Positions 19,630 to 30,415 of a stretch of DNA of 64,000 bases are shown piece after piece; the stretch's first letter is position 1, and every line of letters starts with the position of its first letter. This DNA is from Planctomycetota bacterium. GTDB lineage: Bacteria; Planctomycetota; JAJSAM01; JAJVHW01. Location: NCBI GenBank assembly GCA_965248445.1, contig CBDFJG010000002.1, positions 224,001 to 288,000 on the forward strand, written 5' to 3'. The notes beneath the pieces were generated by a model that saw only the letters and a program-made list of their open reading frames with translations, was not told the origin of the DNA and searched no databases. The position numbers were made by a program, and so were the translations under genes.

Positions 19630-21518
19630 GGGTCGCACTCACCGCCGCCCTGATCGTCGCGCTGGCCGCGGCGTCACCCGCACGGGCCGAGAGCGATCCG
19701 CTGTCGGTAGAGGCGCGCGTGTCGCAGGACACAGTGTTGCTCGGCGGCGCGGTGCAGATGCAGGTGCTGGTCAAGGGGGCGCGGTCGGCGCGCGGTCCGG
19801 CCGCGTCGGCGTTCGGCGACGACTTCGAGGTCAAGCTCCTCCAAGAGAGCCCGGGCTCCCGGTCCGAGACCGTGATCGTGAAGGGACGGCTCTCCAGCAA
19901 GGAGGAGGTCTGGTACGCGTTCATCTACGAACTGCGGCCCCGGCGGGACGGCGAGTTGATTGTTCCGGCGCTCGACTACCGGGCCGGCGACGAGACGCTC
20001 CGCACGGAAGCACTCTCGCTGTCCGTCATCGGCCCACGCGCGTCGGCCCACGCGCTCCTCGACGTCTCCTACGCGCCTTCCCGCATCTACGTCGAGCAGG
20101 CGCTGACGCTGCGACTGCGAGCTTCGCTGACGAGACTTTCGCTCGGCGACGAGGTCACGAACGCGGATCCGTTCCTCACGCGCGATCCGCCGGAACTGCG
20201 TATCCCGTGGATCGACGGCACCGATGATCTCGCCGCGTCCGAGACCGAGCAGTATCTCGCGCGCCTGGAGACGCAGCGCGGTGCCGGATTCTCCGTGAAC
20301 GCTCTGATGCGCTCGAGCTTCTTCGGCCGTGGTGACATCCGCCTGTTCCGGTTGAAGCGCGAACCTCTCGATCGCGGCGGTGCGAAGTGGTTTGCGTACT
20401 CGCTCGAGCGCGTGGTCGTGCCGTTGCGTTCGGGGAAGATCGCGCTGCCGGCGGCTTCGATCGTCGGTGACGTGGTGACGAAGGCCGAGACCACCGCCGG
20501 GGGTGGCGCACGTGCCACCGACACAGAGACCGTGTTCGTGACGCACGAGCCGGTCGTGATCGACGTGCTCCCGATTCCCACTGTGGGGCGGCCACCGACG
20601 TACACGCACGCTGTCGGCCGCTTCCTGGTCGAGGCGTCTGCGACACCGCACCGCGCACAGGTCGGAGATCCAATTCAGGTCGTCATGCGCGTCGACGGAG
20701 CGGGCCTGCTCGATCGCCTGAAGACGCCCGCGCTCGACAAGCAGGCCGACCTCGCCCGCGACTTCTCGGTCAGCGAAGCAGAGCCGCCCGGATGGGACGG
20801 CTCGGCGCGCGTGTTCACGTACACGCTCCGCCCGCGGCACGCGCGCGTCACATCGCTTCCGCCGCTCGTCTTCGCGTCGTTCGACCCGGAGTCCGCGTCG
20901 TTCCGCGAGCAACGCACCGAGCGCATACCGATCGAGGTCGAGGATGCCGGCGAGGTGTCGCCGAGTGAACTCGAGGTCGCCGGAGGGGGCGCTGCCGTCA
21001 CGAGCACACCGGGTGCGGAGGTGGCCGGCGGACTCGAGCCGAACGCCGGGCTGACGGAGATCCTCGGCGACGAGCCCTACGCGCCGTGGCGCGGGCCCGT
21101 CTTCTGGCTCGCTCTCCTGCTTCCGCTCCTCGCGCTGATCGGCGTGCTCGGATTGCAGGCGCGGCGCTCCGCACACGACGACGCGGCGCTGCGCGCGCGG
21201 CGTGCCCTCCCCGTCGCCCTCGAGGAAGTCGAGGCGGCGCGGGTTGCAACCGATGAGATCCGGCAGGCCGACGGCCTGTCGCGGGCGCTCGCAGGGTTCG
21301 TCGCCGCTCGCACCGGCCGAAGCGCGGGCGGATTGACGGCCGAGGATGTCGGCTCGATTCTGCGAGCTCGCTCCGTGGACACCGCTCTCGTCGACGACGT
21401 CGTAGCCGGAATCAGCACATGCGAGGCGGCGCGTTACGGCGGGCAGAGCGCGCTGCGGGATGCGCTGCGCGATGCGGAGAGCTGGCTCGGGCGCCTCGAT
21501 GAGGAGCTGCCGCTGTGA
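19626..21518 (+). CDS. batD: BatD family protein
   Basis: Signal peptide, repeated Ig-like segments, AVGRF, FDPE, one C-terminal TM, ARYG. Confidence 0.85.
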   Translation: MRVALTAALIVALAAASPARAESDPLSVEARVSQDTVLLGGAVQMQVLVKGARSARGPAASAFGDDFEVKLLQESPGSRSETVIVKGRLSSKEEVWYAFIYELRPRRDGELIVPALDYRAGDETLRTEALSLSVIGPRASAHALLDVSYAPSRIYVEQALTLRLRASLTRLSLGDEVTNADPFLTRDPPELRIPWIDGTDDLAASETEQYLARLETQRGAGFSVNALMRSSFFGRGDIRLFRLKREPLDRGGAKWFAYSLERVVVPLRSGKIALPAASIVGDVVTKAETTAGGGARATDTETVFVTHEPVVIDVLPIPTVGRPPTYTHAVGRFLVEASATPHRAQVGDPIQVVMRVDGAGLLDRLKTPALDKQADLARDFSVSEAEPPGWDGSARVFTYTLRPRHARVTSLPPLVFASFDPESASFREQRTERIPIEVEDAGEVSPSELEVAGGGAAVTSTPGAEVAGGLEPNAGLTEILGDEPYAPWRGPVFWLALLLPLLALIGVLGLQARRSAHDDAALRARRALPVALEEVEAARVATDEIRQADGLSRALAGFVAARTGRSAGGLTAEDVGSILRARSVDTALVDDVVAGISTCEAARYGGQSALRDALRDAESWLGRLDEELPL

Positions 21519-22363
21519 GGCGCGCGATCCGTCTCGCCGGCCTGATCGTCGCGGCTCTGCTCGTGGGTTGCCCGGCCCTGACGGCGCATGCCGGTGACCA
21601 GGGCGCCGGCGAGGTCGCGGACGCAGACCGCGCATTCCGCGCGGCGGTCTCGGGTCTCGGCGGCGACGAGGAGCGGCTCGACGTGGCCGCACTCCTGTAC
21701 GAGCGCGCGCTCGCAACGCGTCCTGAGAACGGCGCTCTGGAGTACGACTGCGCCAACGCTCAACTCCTCAGCGGGGACGTCGGGCGCGCGGTGCTGCACT
21801 ACCGCCGGGCCGCCCGCTGGCGCCCTGGAGACGAACGCATCGTCACCAATCTAGCGATTGCCCGCACGCGCCGCCGCGATCGCATCGCGGCCACGTCGAC
21901 GCGCTCGGTCGTGGAGACCGTTGCGTTCTGGCATCGCGGCCTTCCCTTGCCGACGAAGGTGCCGCTGGCGCTTGCGGCGTGGATGCTCAGCCTATCCCTG
22001 TTCGCACTTCGGGTCCTTGTTCTGGTTCGGGTCCGGGGCGTCCAGCGCTCGCGCGCGCTGCGCTACGTCGCTGTCCTCTCGCTGGGGGTTGCGGGCGCCG
22101 TCGGCGCCTCGGCATGGCTCGAGGCGCGGGAGCTCCACGATCCCGCTGCCGCGGTCGTCGTGGCTGACGAGGTCCCGCTGCGCAGCGGCGATGGCGACAC
22201 GTATCCGTCGCGCTATGAGCAACCGGTGCATGCCGGCGCAGAGGTGCACGTGCGCGCCGAGCGCGGCGGCTGGTCGGAACTGGAGTTGACCGACGGCAAG
22301 TCCGGTTGGGTCCCGTCCGCTTCCGTTGAGCGCGTCGTTCAGTCCGCCCCCCCGTCGAAGTAG
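21515..22363 (+). CDS. batE: BatE-like TPR + SH3 domain protein
   Basis: Motifs GRAVLHYRRA..PGD..NL; two TMs; SH3-like W..LELTDGKSGWVP. Confidence 0.85.
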   Translation: MRRAIRLAGLIVAALLVGCPALTAHAGDQGAGEVADADRAFRAAVSGLGGDEERLDVAALLYERALATRPENGALEYDCANAQLLSGDVGRAVLHYRRAARWRPGDERIVTNLAIARTRRRDRIAATSTRSVVETVAFWHRGLPLPTKVPLALAAWMLSLSLFALRVLVLVRVRGVQRSRALRYVAVLSLGVAGAVGASAWLEARELHDPAAAVVVADEVPLRSGDGDTYPSRYEQPVHAGAEVHVRAERGGWSELELTDGKSGWVPSASVERVVQSAPPSK

Positions 22364-23541
22364 TCGTCCAGATAGGCGACGAACGGTGCGAGCGCTTCCT
22401 TCGAAGAGGCGCGCGCGGCGTCGAGCGACGGGAAAATCTGCACGCGGCGATCGGATTCCAGCTCCACGCGGCCGTCTCCGAAGATCCGAAGTGCGGACAC
22501 GTTCCCGTCCTTCTCCCGAACGAACTCACGTTCCAGGTGATCGTCGGGGGAGACCTCGTGGATGGCTACTGCGACCGTGAGACGCGGGGTAGCGCGCAGG
22601 TTCTCGAGCGTCGCAAAGTTCATCAGGGCGAACACACGCCGCATCTTCGCGTGCGGAACGAGCGTCGCGATCATCTCGTGGTCGATGCCGTGCAGGACGA
22701 GTTGCGCATCGCCGCCGGGCGTCGGAGCGGCCCCCACCGGCATGGCGCCCAGGAAGACATGCGTCGCCACGTCGTGGCTCCACCTGTGCACCGGCAGCAT
22801 CTTCTGCGAGTCCGCGTCGAGGGTCAGCACGTCCATCTGAGCGAGCGAACGGCGTTCGCCGGTGCCCAGATGCCGCACGAACGCAGATCCCACGATCGCT
22901 TCGACCTGGGGAATGGCATCCGTGAGAAATGCGGGCGGCAGCACGGGCGGCTCGATCGACAGCGAGTCGCCGGAGATCAGCGCGGCACGCAGGGTGACGT
23001 TCGCGGTCACGGTCTGTGGCTGCATCTCGAAGTCGCCCGCCACGAGCCGGTGTGATCCGCCCGTGACCGCGACGCTTCCGCGCATCACCCGCACCTCGAA
23101 GGGTGCGTTCTTCGTGAGCGTGATCCGGAAGACGGCTCCCGCTGTCGGCTCGATACGCGCACCGTTCTGTCCGAGCAGCGCGACGGTTCCCGCCGGTGCG
23201 AACACCGTCGCGTCGCCGTGGACGAGCTTCGCCGGCTCCCAGTTGTCGCCCTTCCAGACGCTGACTGGTTCGCCCTCGACGGCGAACGCCGTCGCCTCGG
23301 GACGCAGCACGAGCCCACCGGTGGCCATGGCCAGTAGGACGGCCGCTGCGCCGGCGTACCGGATGGCGCGCCGCGGCAGGCGCCGCGCTACCGGTGCTAC
23401 CGGCGCCTCGCGTGCGCGCTGCCACGCGCCGTCGGCAATGCGCGCCGACGCGCCGCCGGCGAGGCCCGGGTCGAGGGCTGCGCGGAGCTTCTTCGAGAAC
23501 GCCGGGTCCAGTTCACGGGGATCGTGATCAGCGTTCGTCAT
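22339..23541 (-). CDS. Putative membrane-anchored anti-sigma factor
   Basis: Overlaps the ECF sigma stop; short cytoplasmic N-terminus, one TM (YAGAAAVLLAMATGGLVL), beta-rich extracytoplasmic region. Confidence 0.7.
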   Translation of the reverse strand: MTNADHDPRELDPAFSKKLRAALDPGLAGGASARIADGAWQRAREAPVAPVARRLPRRAIRYAGAAAVLLAMATGGLVLRPEATAFAVEGEPVSVWKGDNWEPAKLVHGDATVFAPAGTVALLGQNGARIEPTAGAVFRITLTKNAPFEVRVMRGSVAVTGGSHRLVAGDFEMQPQTVTANVTLRAALISGDSLSIEPPVLPPAFLTDAIPQVEAIVGSAFVRHLGTGERRSLAQMDVLTLDADSQKMLPVHRWSHDVATHVFLGAMPVGAAPTPGGDAQLVLHGIDHEMIATLVPHAKMRRVFALMNFATLENLRATPRLTVAVAIHEVSPDDHLEREFVREKDGNVSALRIFGDGRVELESDRRVQIFPSLDAARASSKEALAPFVAYLDDYFDGGAD

Positions 23542-24184
23542 CTCGCACCTCCAACATCTCTCGTACTGCGCGCAGGCCGCGGGAAACCCAGGTCCGTGCA
23601 GTCGGCACCTGTGTCCCGAGGCGTTCCGCTATGACCGCGTACGGCTCGTCGTTCACCACGCGCATCGTGATCGCGAGCTGCATGCGTTCGGGCAGCGCCC
23701 GCATGGCGGCTCGAATGCGGTCGGCCTCCTCGCGGTTCTCGATCTGCATCTCGCCGCCGCCGTTGCCGGGCAGCGGCACCTGGTCCGTCTCGACGTCCGC
23801 CATCGGAGTGAGTCGGCGGCGCCGGGCCTGCTTGCGCACCCAGTCCCGCGACAGGTTCAGCGCGATTGTCGCCGCCCACGTCGAGAACGACGCCTGTCCG
23901 CGAAAGCCGTCGAGCTTGCCGAGGGCGCGGACGAACGTCTCCTGGACGAGGTCCTCCACCGGTCCGGCCCGTCCGACCCGCTGGCGTACCAGAGAAGCGA
24001 TCACGCGGTGATGGCGGGTGACCAGTTCGCCGAACGCGTCGCGGTCGCCCCCGCGGGCACGGGCGAGCAGGCGCCCGTCGCCCTCGGCGGCCGCATCCCG
24101 ATCAGCAACGTCTCTGGCGAGCCGGCGAACCGGTAGAGGCTCGGCCCCACCCGCAGCCTCGCCAGGCATGGGCACAGCCGTCAC
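23528..24184 (-). CDS. ECF sigma-70 factor
   Basis: Motifs GDRDAFGELV, EDLVQETFVRA, FRGQASFSTW..IALN, IAERLG..V.T.RTW.SRG. Confidence 0.93.
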   Translation of the reverse strand: MTAVPMPGEAAGGAEPLPVRRLARDVADRDAAAEGDGRLLARARGGDRDAFGELVTRHHRVIASLVRQRVGRAGPVEDLVQETFVRALGKLDGFRGQASFSTWAATIALNLSRDWVRKQARRRRLTPMADVETDQVPLPGNGGGEMQIENREEADRIRAAMRALPERMQLAITMRVVNDEPYAVIAERLGTQVPTARTWVSRGLRAVREMLEVRDDER

Positions 24185-24224
24185 AGCAGGGCTCCCGTTC
24201 GTCGCACCGACACACCTCTGTCCG

Positions 24225-24254
24225 CTTGGACGTGCGAGGGAGGCTGCCGTGACA
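24225..24254 (-). promoter_or_regulatory. Candidate autoregulatory ECF promoter TGTCAC-N16-CGTC(CAAG)
   Basis: TGTCAC (24254-24249), 16-nt spacer, CGTCCAAG (24232-24225); the same motif recurs at 26790-26819. Confidence 0.65.
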
Positions 24255-24258
24255 CGCG

Positions 24259-25818
24259 CTACTGGTGCCAGGTGTACTTCACGCGATACGTGATGGTCTT
24301 CTCGCCCCTGGCCGGGACCTGAACGGGGAAGTGGATGGTGCGGAAGTCCGCTTTCTCGAACTGGTCGCTCTGCTCGACGATCTGCCAGTTCGACCAGCGG
24401 TAGAGGTTCTCCTTCACGATCACCTTCACCGCGTCGTCCTTGTGGTTCCGGATCTGGATCTTGAACGCCTCCTCGATCCAGCGGCCGCGCTCCACCTTGA
24501 AGTCGGTCTGCGTGCGCTCGCCCACGACGTCGAACGTGTTGCCGAGCCGGACCTGCACGCGCTCGTCCCGCGGCGTGTGGTCGATCAGGTCCTCGCCGAT
24601 GAACTCGAGTGTGCCGTCCGCGTTGTCTCGCTTGTAGACGCGCAGCTTGCCCTTGGGCAGCGGCATGCCCATCCGGTTCGACTCACGATTCTCGAACTGC
24701 AGATACACGTCGATCTTGTTGTTCGACTGATTGCCGAAGTTGCGGTCCTCGTACGGCTGGGCGCCGTACGCGCGCCAGTAGTTGCGCGGCAGACCGTAGT
24801 AGACGAGCACCTTCTCGACGGAGACGCCGCTCGCGGTCGGGAACAGCGCGATCTGCTGCGTCGTGTTCTGCGGAATGTCGGTGCGCCGCGGAAGCGTGTA
24901 GAGGTGGTACTCGAAGAACGACTTCTCGGTGAACCCGCCGGCATCCGCGCCCGCCTTGCCCGCCCGGCTGCCGAGACGCATTCGAACGCCACCGTCGGGA
25001 GTGATCCGCTGCACGTCCCCCGCGACGAGCTTGAGCTTCGCGTTCGGGTACGCCGCGCCGGAGAGGTTCATGAGCGTGACCCACGCGCCGATGTCCGCCT
25101 GCGTGTCCGTCGAGTTCAGGATGACGCTGTAGTCCGAGCGCCACGTCAACCCGCGGGTCTGATAGGTCGTGCGCACCTTGTGTGGTGAGTCGTGCACCTC
25201 AGAGAGCACCGTCCACTCGAGGGTCGGCCGCGTGATCAGCCCATCGGGCAGCTTCGGCAGCCGGATGCCCGCGCTGTTCGCGTGGATGAACTGGAGACCT
25301 GAGTCGGTCTGCAGGACCACCTGCCCCTGGTTGACCGAGAGCACCCGCCCGCGAATGATCTTCTCGGGGACACCGTTGCTCGCCGGCGTGACGTGCTGGA
25401 TCGTCTGATCGACGTATCGCTGGAGCAGCTTTGCCGGGCTCACGAGGTCGAACTTGAAGGACTGCTGGATCACCGCCGTGCTGGCAGGGTGGTCCAGGTC
25501 CACGAACGTGACCGTCGTCGGATCGATGTGCTCGGCGACGTCGGTCATCCGCACGATGTTGCGCTGGTTCGGCAGCGAGATCGGGCGGACCTCCTTCACC
25601 ACGCCGTAGCCGGGCACCTGCCACGCGAAGTAAGGATTGTATCCCTGACGCTGCTGCGCGATGAACTGCTGCGGGTCGAAGCCCGCGGGATCGGCCGTCG
25701 AGTAGACGGTGAGCGAGACATCTTCGGGGGGCGGGGCGTTCTGGACCGGAGCCTCTTGCGCGCCCGCGATGGCTGCAGAGATTGCGATCACGAGACCGGC
25801 GGAGATCGGGCGGGACAT
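24259..25818 (-). CDS. Secreted DUF4139-domain protein
   Basis: AGGAGG RBS, signal peptide; motifs SLTVYS, IDPTTV, YQTRGLTWRSDY, EYHLYTL, PLPKGKLRVY, DHTP. Confidence 0.85.
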   Translation of the reverse strand: MSRPISAGLVIAISAAIAGAQEAPVQNAPPPEDVSLTVYSTADPAGFDPQQFIAQQRQGYNPYFAWQVPGYGVVKEVRPISLPNQRNIVRMTDVAEHIDPTTVTFVDLDHPASTAVIQQSFKFDLVSPAKLLQRYVDQTIQHVTPASNGVPEKIIRGRVLSVNQGQVVLQTDSGLQFIHANSAGIRLPKLPDGLITRPTLEWTVLSEVHDSPHKVRTTYQTRGLTWRSDYSVILNSTDTQADIGAWVTLMNLSGAAYPNAKLKLVAGDVQRITPDGGVRMRLGSRAGKAGADAGGFTEKSFFEYHLYTLPRRTDIPQNTTQQIALFPTASGVSVEKVLVYYGLPRNYWRAYGAQPYEDRNFGNQSNNKIDVYLQFENRESNRMGMPLPKGKLRVYKRDNADGTLEFIGEDLIDHTPRDERVQVRLGNTFDVVGERTQTDFKVERGRWIEEAFKIQIRNHKDDAVKVIVKENLYRWSNWQIVEQSDQFEKADFRTIHFPVQVPARGEKTITYRVKYTWHQ

Positions 25819-25907
25819 AGCGGTTCCTCCTGGCGGCAGAGCGTAGCCGCAGCCTCCCGTTCGATGCGACCGCTGCCCGCGTAGTTCCCGTTTCCTGGCA
25901 GTTCCCG

Positions 25908-26747
25908 CTACTTGTCGGCGTTGACGCCGATCGTGATGACCTCGACGTCGCCGCCGCCGTGGTCGCCGTCGTGGTCGCCGCCGCGGCGTCGCATGCTCAC
26001 TCTGCGGGCTCGTGCCGGGCCGGAGCCGGTCATCGCGCCCTTCCAGCCCTCGCTGTTCCAGCGGTCCTTCTGCTCGGAGTTCAGCGTGTTGCCGATGCGC
26101 TCGTCCATGCGCGTGCGTGCTTCACGCACCTTGTTCCCGTCCATGCGGCGGAACGTCATGGTCGCGCCGTCGTCCGTGGTCGTCGTCTCGCTGGTCGTCG
26201 CGTCCTTCATGGCCGCGTCGAACTCCGTCTTGGCCGCCTTGATTTCGTCGACCTGCGAGGTGGTCAGACCGAGCTCGTCGGTCGCCTTGTCCCAGCGCCG
26301 TTCCTCGGGGAGCGCCCGCAATTCCATGCTGCGAGCGAACTGCTTGCGCATCTCCGCCGCACGCTCCTGCGCCTTCGCGGCGAGGTCCTTCGCGAGATGC
26401 TCATCCCAGACTTTGACCGTCGGGATCTCGAACGTGGGCATCTCGATCGTCGGGACACCGGCCACAGCCGGGTTGGCAGCAAGCGCGGCGCGGCTCTCCT
26501 CGGTCATGCGGGTGAGGTCCATCTCTGCGGAGACCAGACGCTCCTCGAGGTCGCCGACGCCCTTCCTGCTCTCGCGCGCCGAGTCGCGGAGGCCGTCCAC
26601 GTCGCGCTGGAGCTGGGTCAGCCGGTCGAGGACCTCGTTCGACTCCGGCTCGGCGCCACCCTGACCGAGGAACGAGACCGCGCCGCCCGCGACGGCGCCG
26701 AGGGCGCCCGCGAGGATCATCACACCGAGCATGTTTCCGAGGTTCAT
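25908..26747 (-). CDS. Membrane-anchored coiled-coil protein with Spy/LTxxQ-like helical C-terminus
   Basis: N-terminal TM, heptad region, ELGLTTSQ and TLNSEQ motifs. Confidence 0.65.
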   Translation of the reverse strand: MNLGNMLGVMILAGALGAVAGGAVSFLGQGGAEPESNEVLDRLTQLQRDVDGLRDSARESRKGVGDLEERLVSAEMDLTRMTEESRAALAANPAVAGVPTIEMPTFEIPTVKVWDEHLAKDLAAKAQERAAEMRKQFARSMELRALPEERRWDKATDELGLTTSQVDEIKAAKTEFDAAMKDATTSETTTTDDGATMTFRRMDGNKVREARTRMDERIGNTLNSEQKDRWNSEGWKGAMTGSGPARARRVSMRRRGGDHDGDHGGGDVEVITIGVNADK

Positions 26748-26789
26748 CGTGGATCTCCCATCAGTCGGGCCCCGCTGCGGGCTCCCCCC

Positions 26790-26819
26790 CTTGGACGCAT
26801 TCGGGCAACGTGCGTGTCA
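26790..26819 (-). promoter_or_regulatory. Candidate ECF promoter TGACAC-N16-CGTC(CAAG)
   Basis: TGACAC (26819-26814), 16-nt spacer, CGTCCAAG (26797-26790); matches the motif upstream of the sigma gene. Confidence 0.65.
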
Positions 26820-26864
26820 GATTAGTCCACCCGCCCCCGGCCCGCACGGCAGGATGAGGGCGCC

Positions 26865-28538
<1,674 letters not shown>

Positions 28539-28543
28539 ACGCG

Positions 28544-28578
28544 AAGAGGCACGCGCCACAGCGTGCCGCGTGCCTCTT
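28544..28578. terminator. Probable bidirectional intrinsic terminator
   Basis: 12-bp perfect stem AAGAGGCACGCG / CGCGTGCCTCTT between convergent genes. Confidence 0.7.
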
Positions 28579-28597
28579 GATTGCTTGTTCGTTGCGT

Positions 28598-29011
28598 CTA
28601 GGTGGCGAGCTCTGTGCGCGAGCCGTCGTACGTCGCGCTGCCGTAGCCGAGGACCGGATAGAAGATGAAGGGGATCAGCACCAGCCCGACGACCGTTCCG
28701 ACACCGCCGCCGAACTTCTTCGCGATCTCGATCGCGACGAGGATCGCGACGACGATGCTGACGATCGGGATCATGAACAGGATGATCCACCAGATCGGCT
28801 TGCGCGCGACCTGCAGCAGACCGACGGCGTTCAAGATCGGGATGAACGCCCACCAAGGCGTCACGTCGGCCTTCTTGAACACGCCGTAGAGGAGGGCGCC
28901 CATCACGGCGAACGCCACGCCGAGGAAGCAGAGCATCCCGAACAGGCCGCCCGCGGCGCCAGCGCCGCCGCCGAAGTCCTCTTGCGCGAACATCACGAAC
29001 ATGTCTTCCAT
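28598..29011 (-). CDS. DUF5684-like small membrane protein
   Basis: Motifs VFKKA..PWWAFIPILN, IPIVSI, IAKKFG, PFIFYPVLGYG; GGGAGA RBS. Confidence 0.82.
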   Translation of the reverse strand: MEDMFVMFAQEDFGGGAGAAGGLFGMLCFLGVAFAVMGALLYGVFKKADVTPWWAFIPILNAVGLLQVARKPIWWIILFMIPIVSIVVAILVAIEIAKKFGGGVGTVVGLVLIPFIFYPVLGYGSATYDGSRTELAT

Positions 29012-29172
29012 CGAGTGTCTCCCTCCGGGGGCGCGGCAGCCGGCCCGCCCCGGGACGTCGCCTGGACCCACTCCTATCTTCCGCTCCGAGGGTACAGCAG
29101 GGGGGGGAGGCGCGAGTCGACCGTGATTCGGTCTCTCGCCGGGAATCCGGCGGAGGCCCCACGGAGGCGTTT

Positions 29173-29712
29173 CTAGGAGAGCAACTCGTCGTGCAGGTAC
29201 GTCTTGACGACGACCCTGCAGCCGGCGTGCGTGGTCTGGACCGCGTGGATGCTGCCCTTCGCGCAGGAGAAGTAGTCGCCGGGGCCGTAGACGTCCTCTC
29301 CGATCGTGAGGTCACCTGTCAGGACGACGCTCTCTTCGAAGCCGCCATGCCGGTGGCCCGGGTCGCTGGCTCCTGCCGCCATGCGGACCAGAAGCGTGAC
29401 GGCTCCGTCGGGATCCTCGGCAAGACGCTGTACCTCGATCCCGGGTACGCCGACCCCGGACCACTCGGCGTCGCCCGCCGCGTGTTGCGCGGTTGCTGCA
29501 GCCGCGGCGAGGAGCCGGGCCCGCACCTCACTACGCGGCGTGCCCCGCGGGCGCACGAGCTCGAGCGCGACCGCGTCGTCCGCGGCACGTTCGAGTTCCG
29601 CGGCGCCTTCACCCGAGGCCAGCCGCTCGCGCAGCTCGCGCGCGCCATCATCGTCCAGCAGGCCGAGAACATGCAGGTCGAGCAGCTCGTCGATGGCGCG
29701 GCGCTCGCTCAT
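29173..29712 (-). CDS. Anti-sigma factor with ChrR-like cupin domain
   Basis: N-terminal LHVLGLLD..P..EVRARLL; cupin HRHGGFEE..VL.G..PGDY..GSIH; ATGA overlap with the sigma gene. Confidence 0.85.
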   Translation of the reverse strand: MSERRAIDELLDLHVLGLLDDDGARELRERLASGEGAAELERAADDAVALELVRPRGTPRSEVRARLLAAAAATAQHAAGDAEWSGVGVPGIEVQRLAEDPDGAVTLLVRMAAGASDPGHRHGGFEESVVLTGDLTIGEDVYGPGDYFSCAKGSIHAVQTTHAGCRVVVKTYLHDELLS

Positions 29713-30290
29713 GCCAGCGCCTCCAATCCAGCCGGCAACAGTTCGCGCAGGCGGCGCAGTCCATTGCGTGCGCGGCCCTTCACGGTGCCGAGGGGGGAAC
29801 CGGTGCGTTCGGCGATCTGCGAGTGCGACAGCCCGTCGAAGTACGCCAGCCGCAGCACCCGGTGTTCGGCCTCGGGCAGCATGGACATCGCGGCGCGAAT
29901 TGTCGCACGTGCTTCGGTGAGCGATGCCGTGAACGCTGGGGAGGGGCCGCCCGCCGACGTCGTGTCCGTTTCCGGCAGCGAGGCCGTCGCCGGCCGCGCG
30001 GAGCGGCTGCGCAAGCGGTCGATGCAGCGGTTGCGTGTGACGGTCACCAAGAAGGCTGCCACGGACCCGCGACGCAGGTCGATTGTTCGCGCCTTCCGCC
30101 AGAGTTGCAGGAAGACATCGTGCAGCAGTTCCTCCGCATCGTGAGTGTTGCGCAGCAGACGCAGCGACAGCGAGTAGACCAATCCGCCATGACGGTCATA
30201 CACCTGCGCGAGCGCGTCGGGGTCCCCAGCCGCCAACGCGCGCGCGAGGAGTTCGTCCGTCGCGTGCTCACGGTCCGCCACCCGCGCCAC
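29709..30290 (-). CDS. ECF sigma factor (SigK/RpoE-like)
   Basis: Motifs ALAQVYDRH, DAEELLHDVFLQLW, RNRCIDRLR, LAYFDGLSHSQIAE..PLGTVKGR.R.GL. Confidence 0.94.
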   Translation of the reverse strand: MARVADREHATDELLARALAAGDPDALAQVYDRHGGLVYSLSLRLLRNTHDAEELLHDVFLQLWRKARTIDLRRGSVAAFLVTVTRNRCIDRLRSRSARPATASLPETDTTSAGGPSPAFTASLTEARATIRAAMSMLPEAEHRVLRLAYFDGLSHSQIAERTGSPLGTVKGRARNGLRRLRELLPAGLEALA

Positions 30291-30297
30291 CCCCTCC

Positions 30298-30358
30298 TAC
30301 GTCGTCCGAGCCGTTCCGGATGCCAGAACCCGACATCCGAAGCGGCCTGCCCATCGTA
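30298..30358. promoter_or_regulatory. Back-to-back ECF promoters, both CATCC-N16-CGTA(GG)
   Basis: Minus strand: CATCC 30322-30318, CGTA 30301-30298. Plus strand: CATCC 30334-30338, CGTA 30355-30358. Confidence 0.75.
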
Positions 30359-30415
30359 GGTGCAGGAGAGGGGCCCTGCGAAGGGCTGGTTGTTTCGACC
30401 GTAAGGAGAGTGGTC

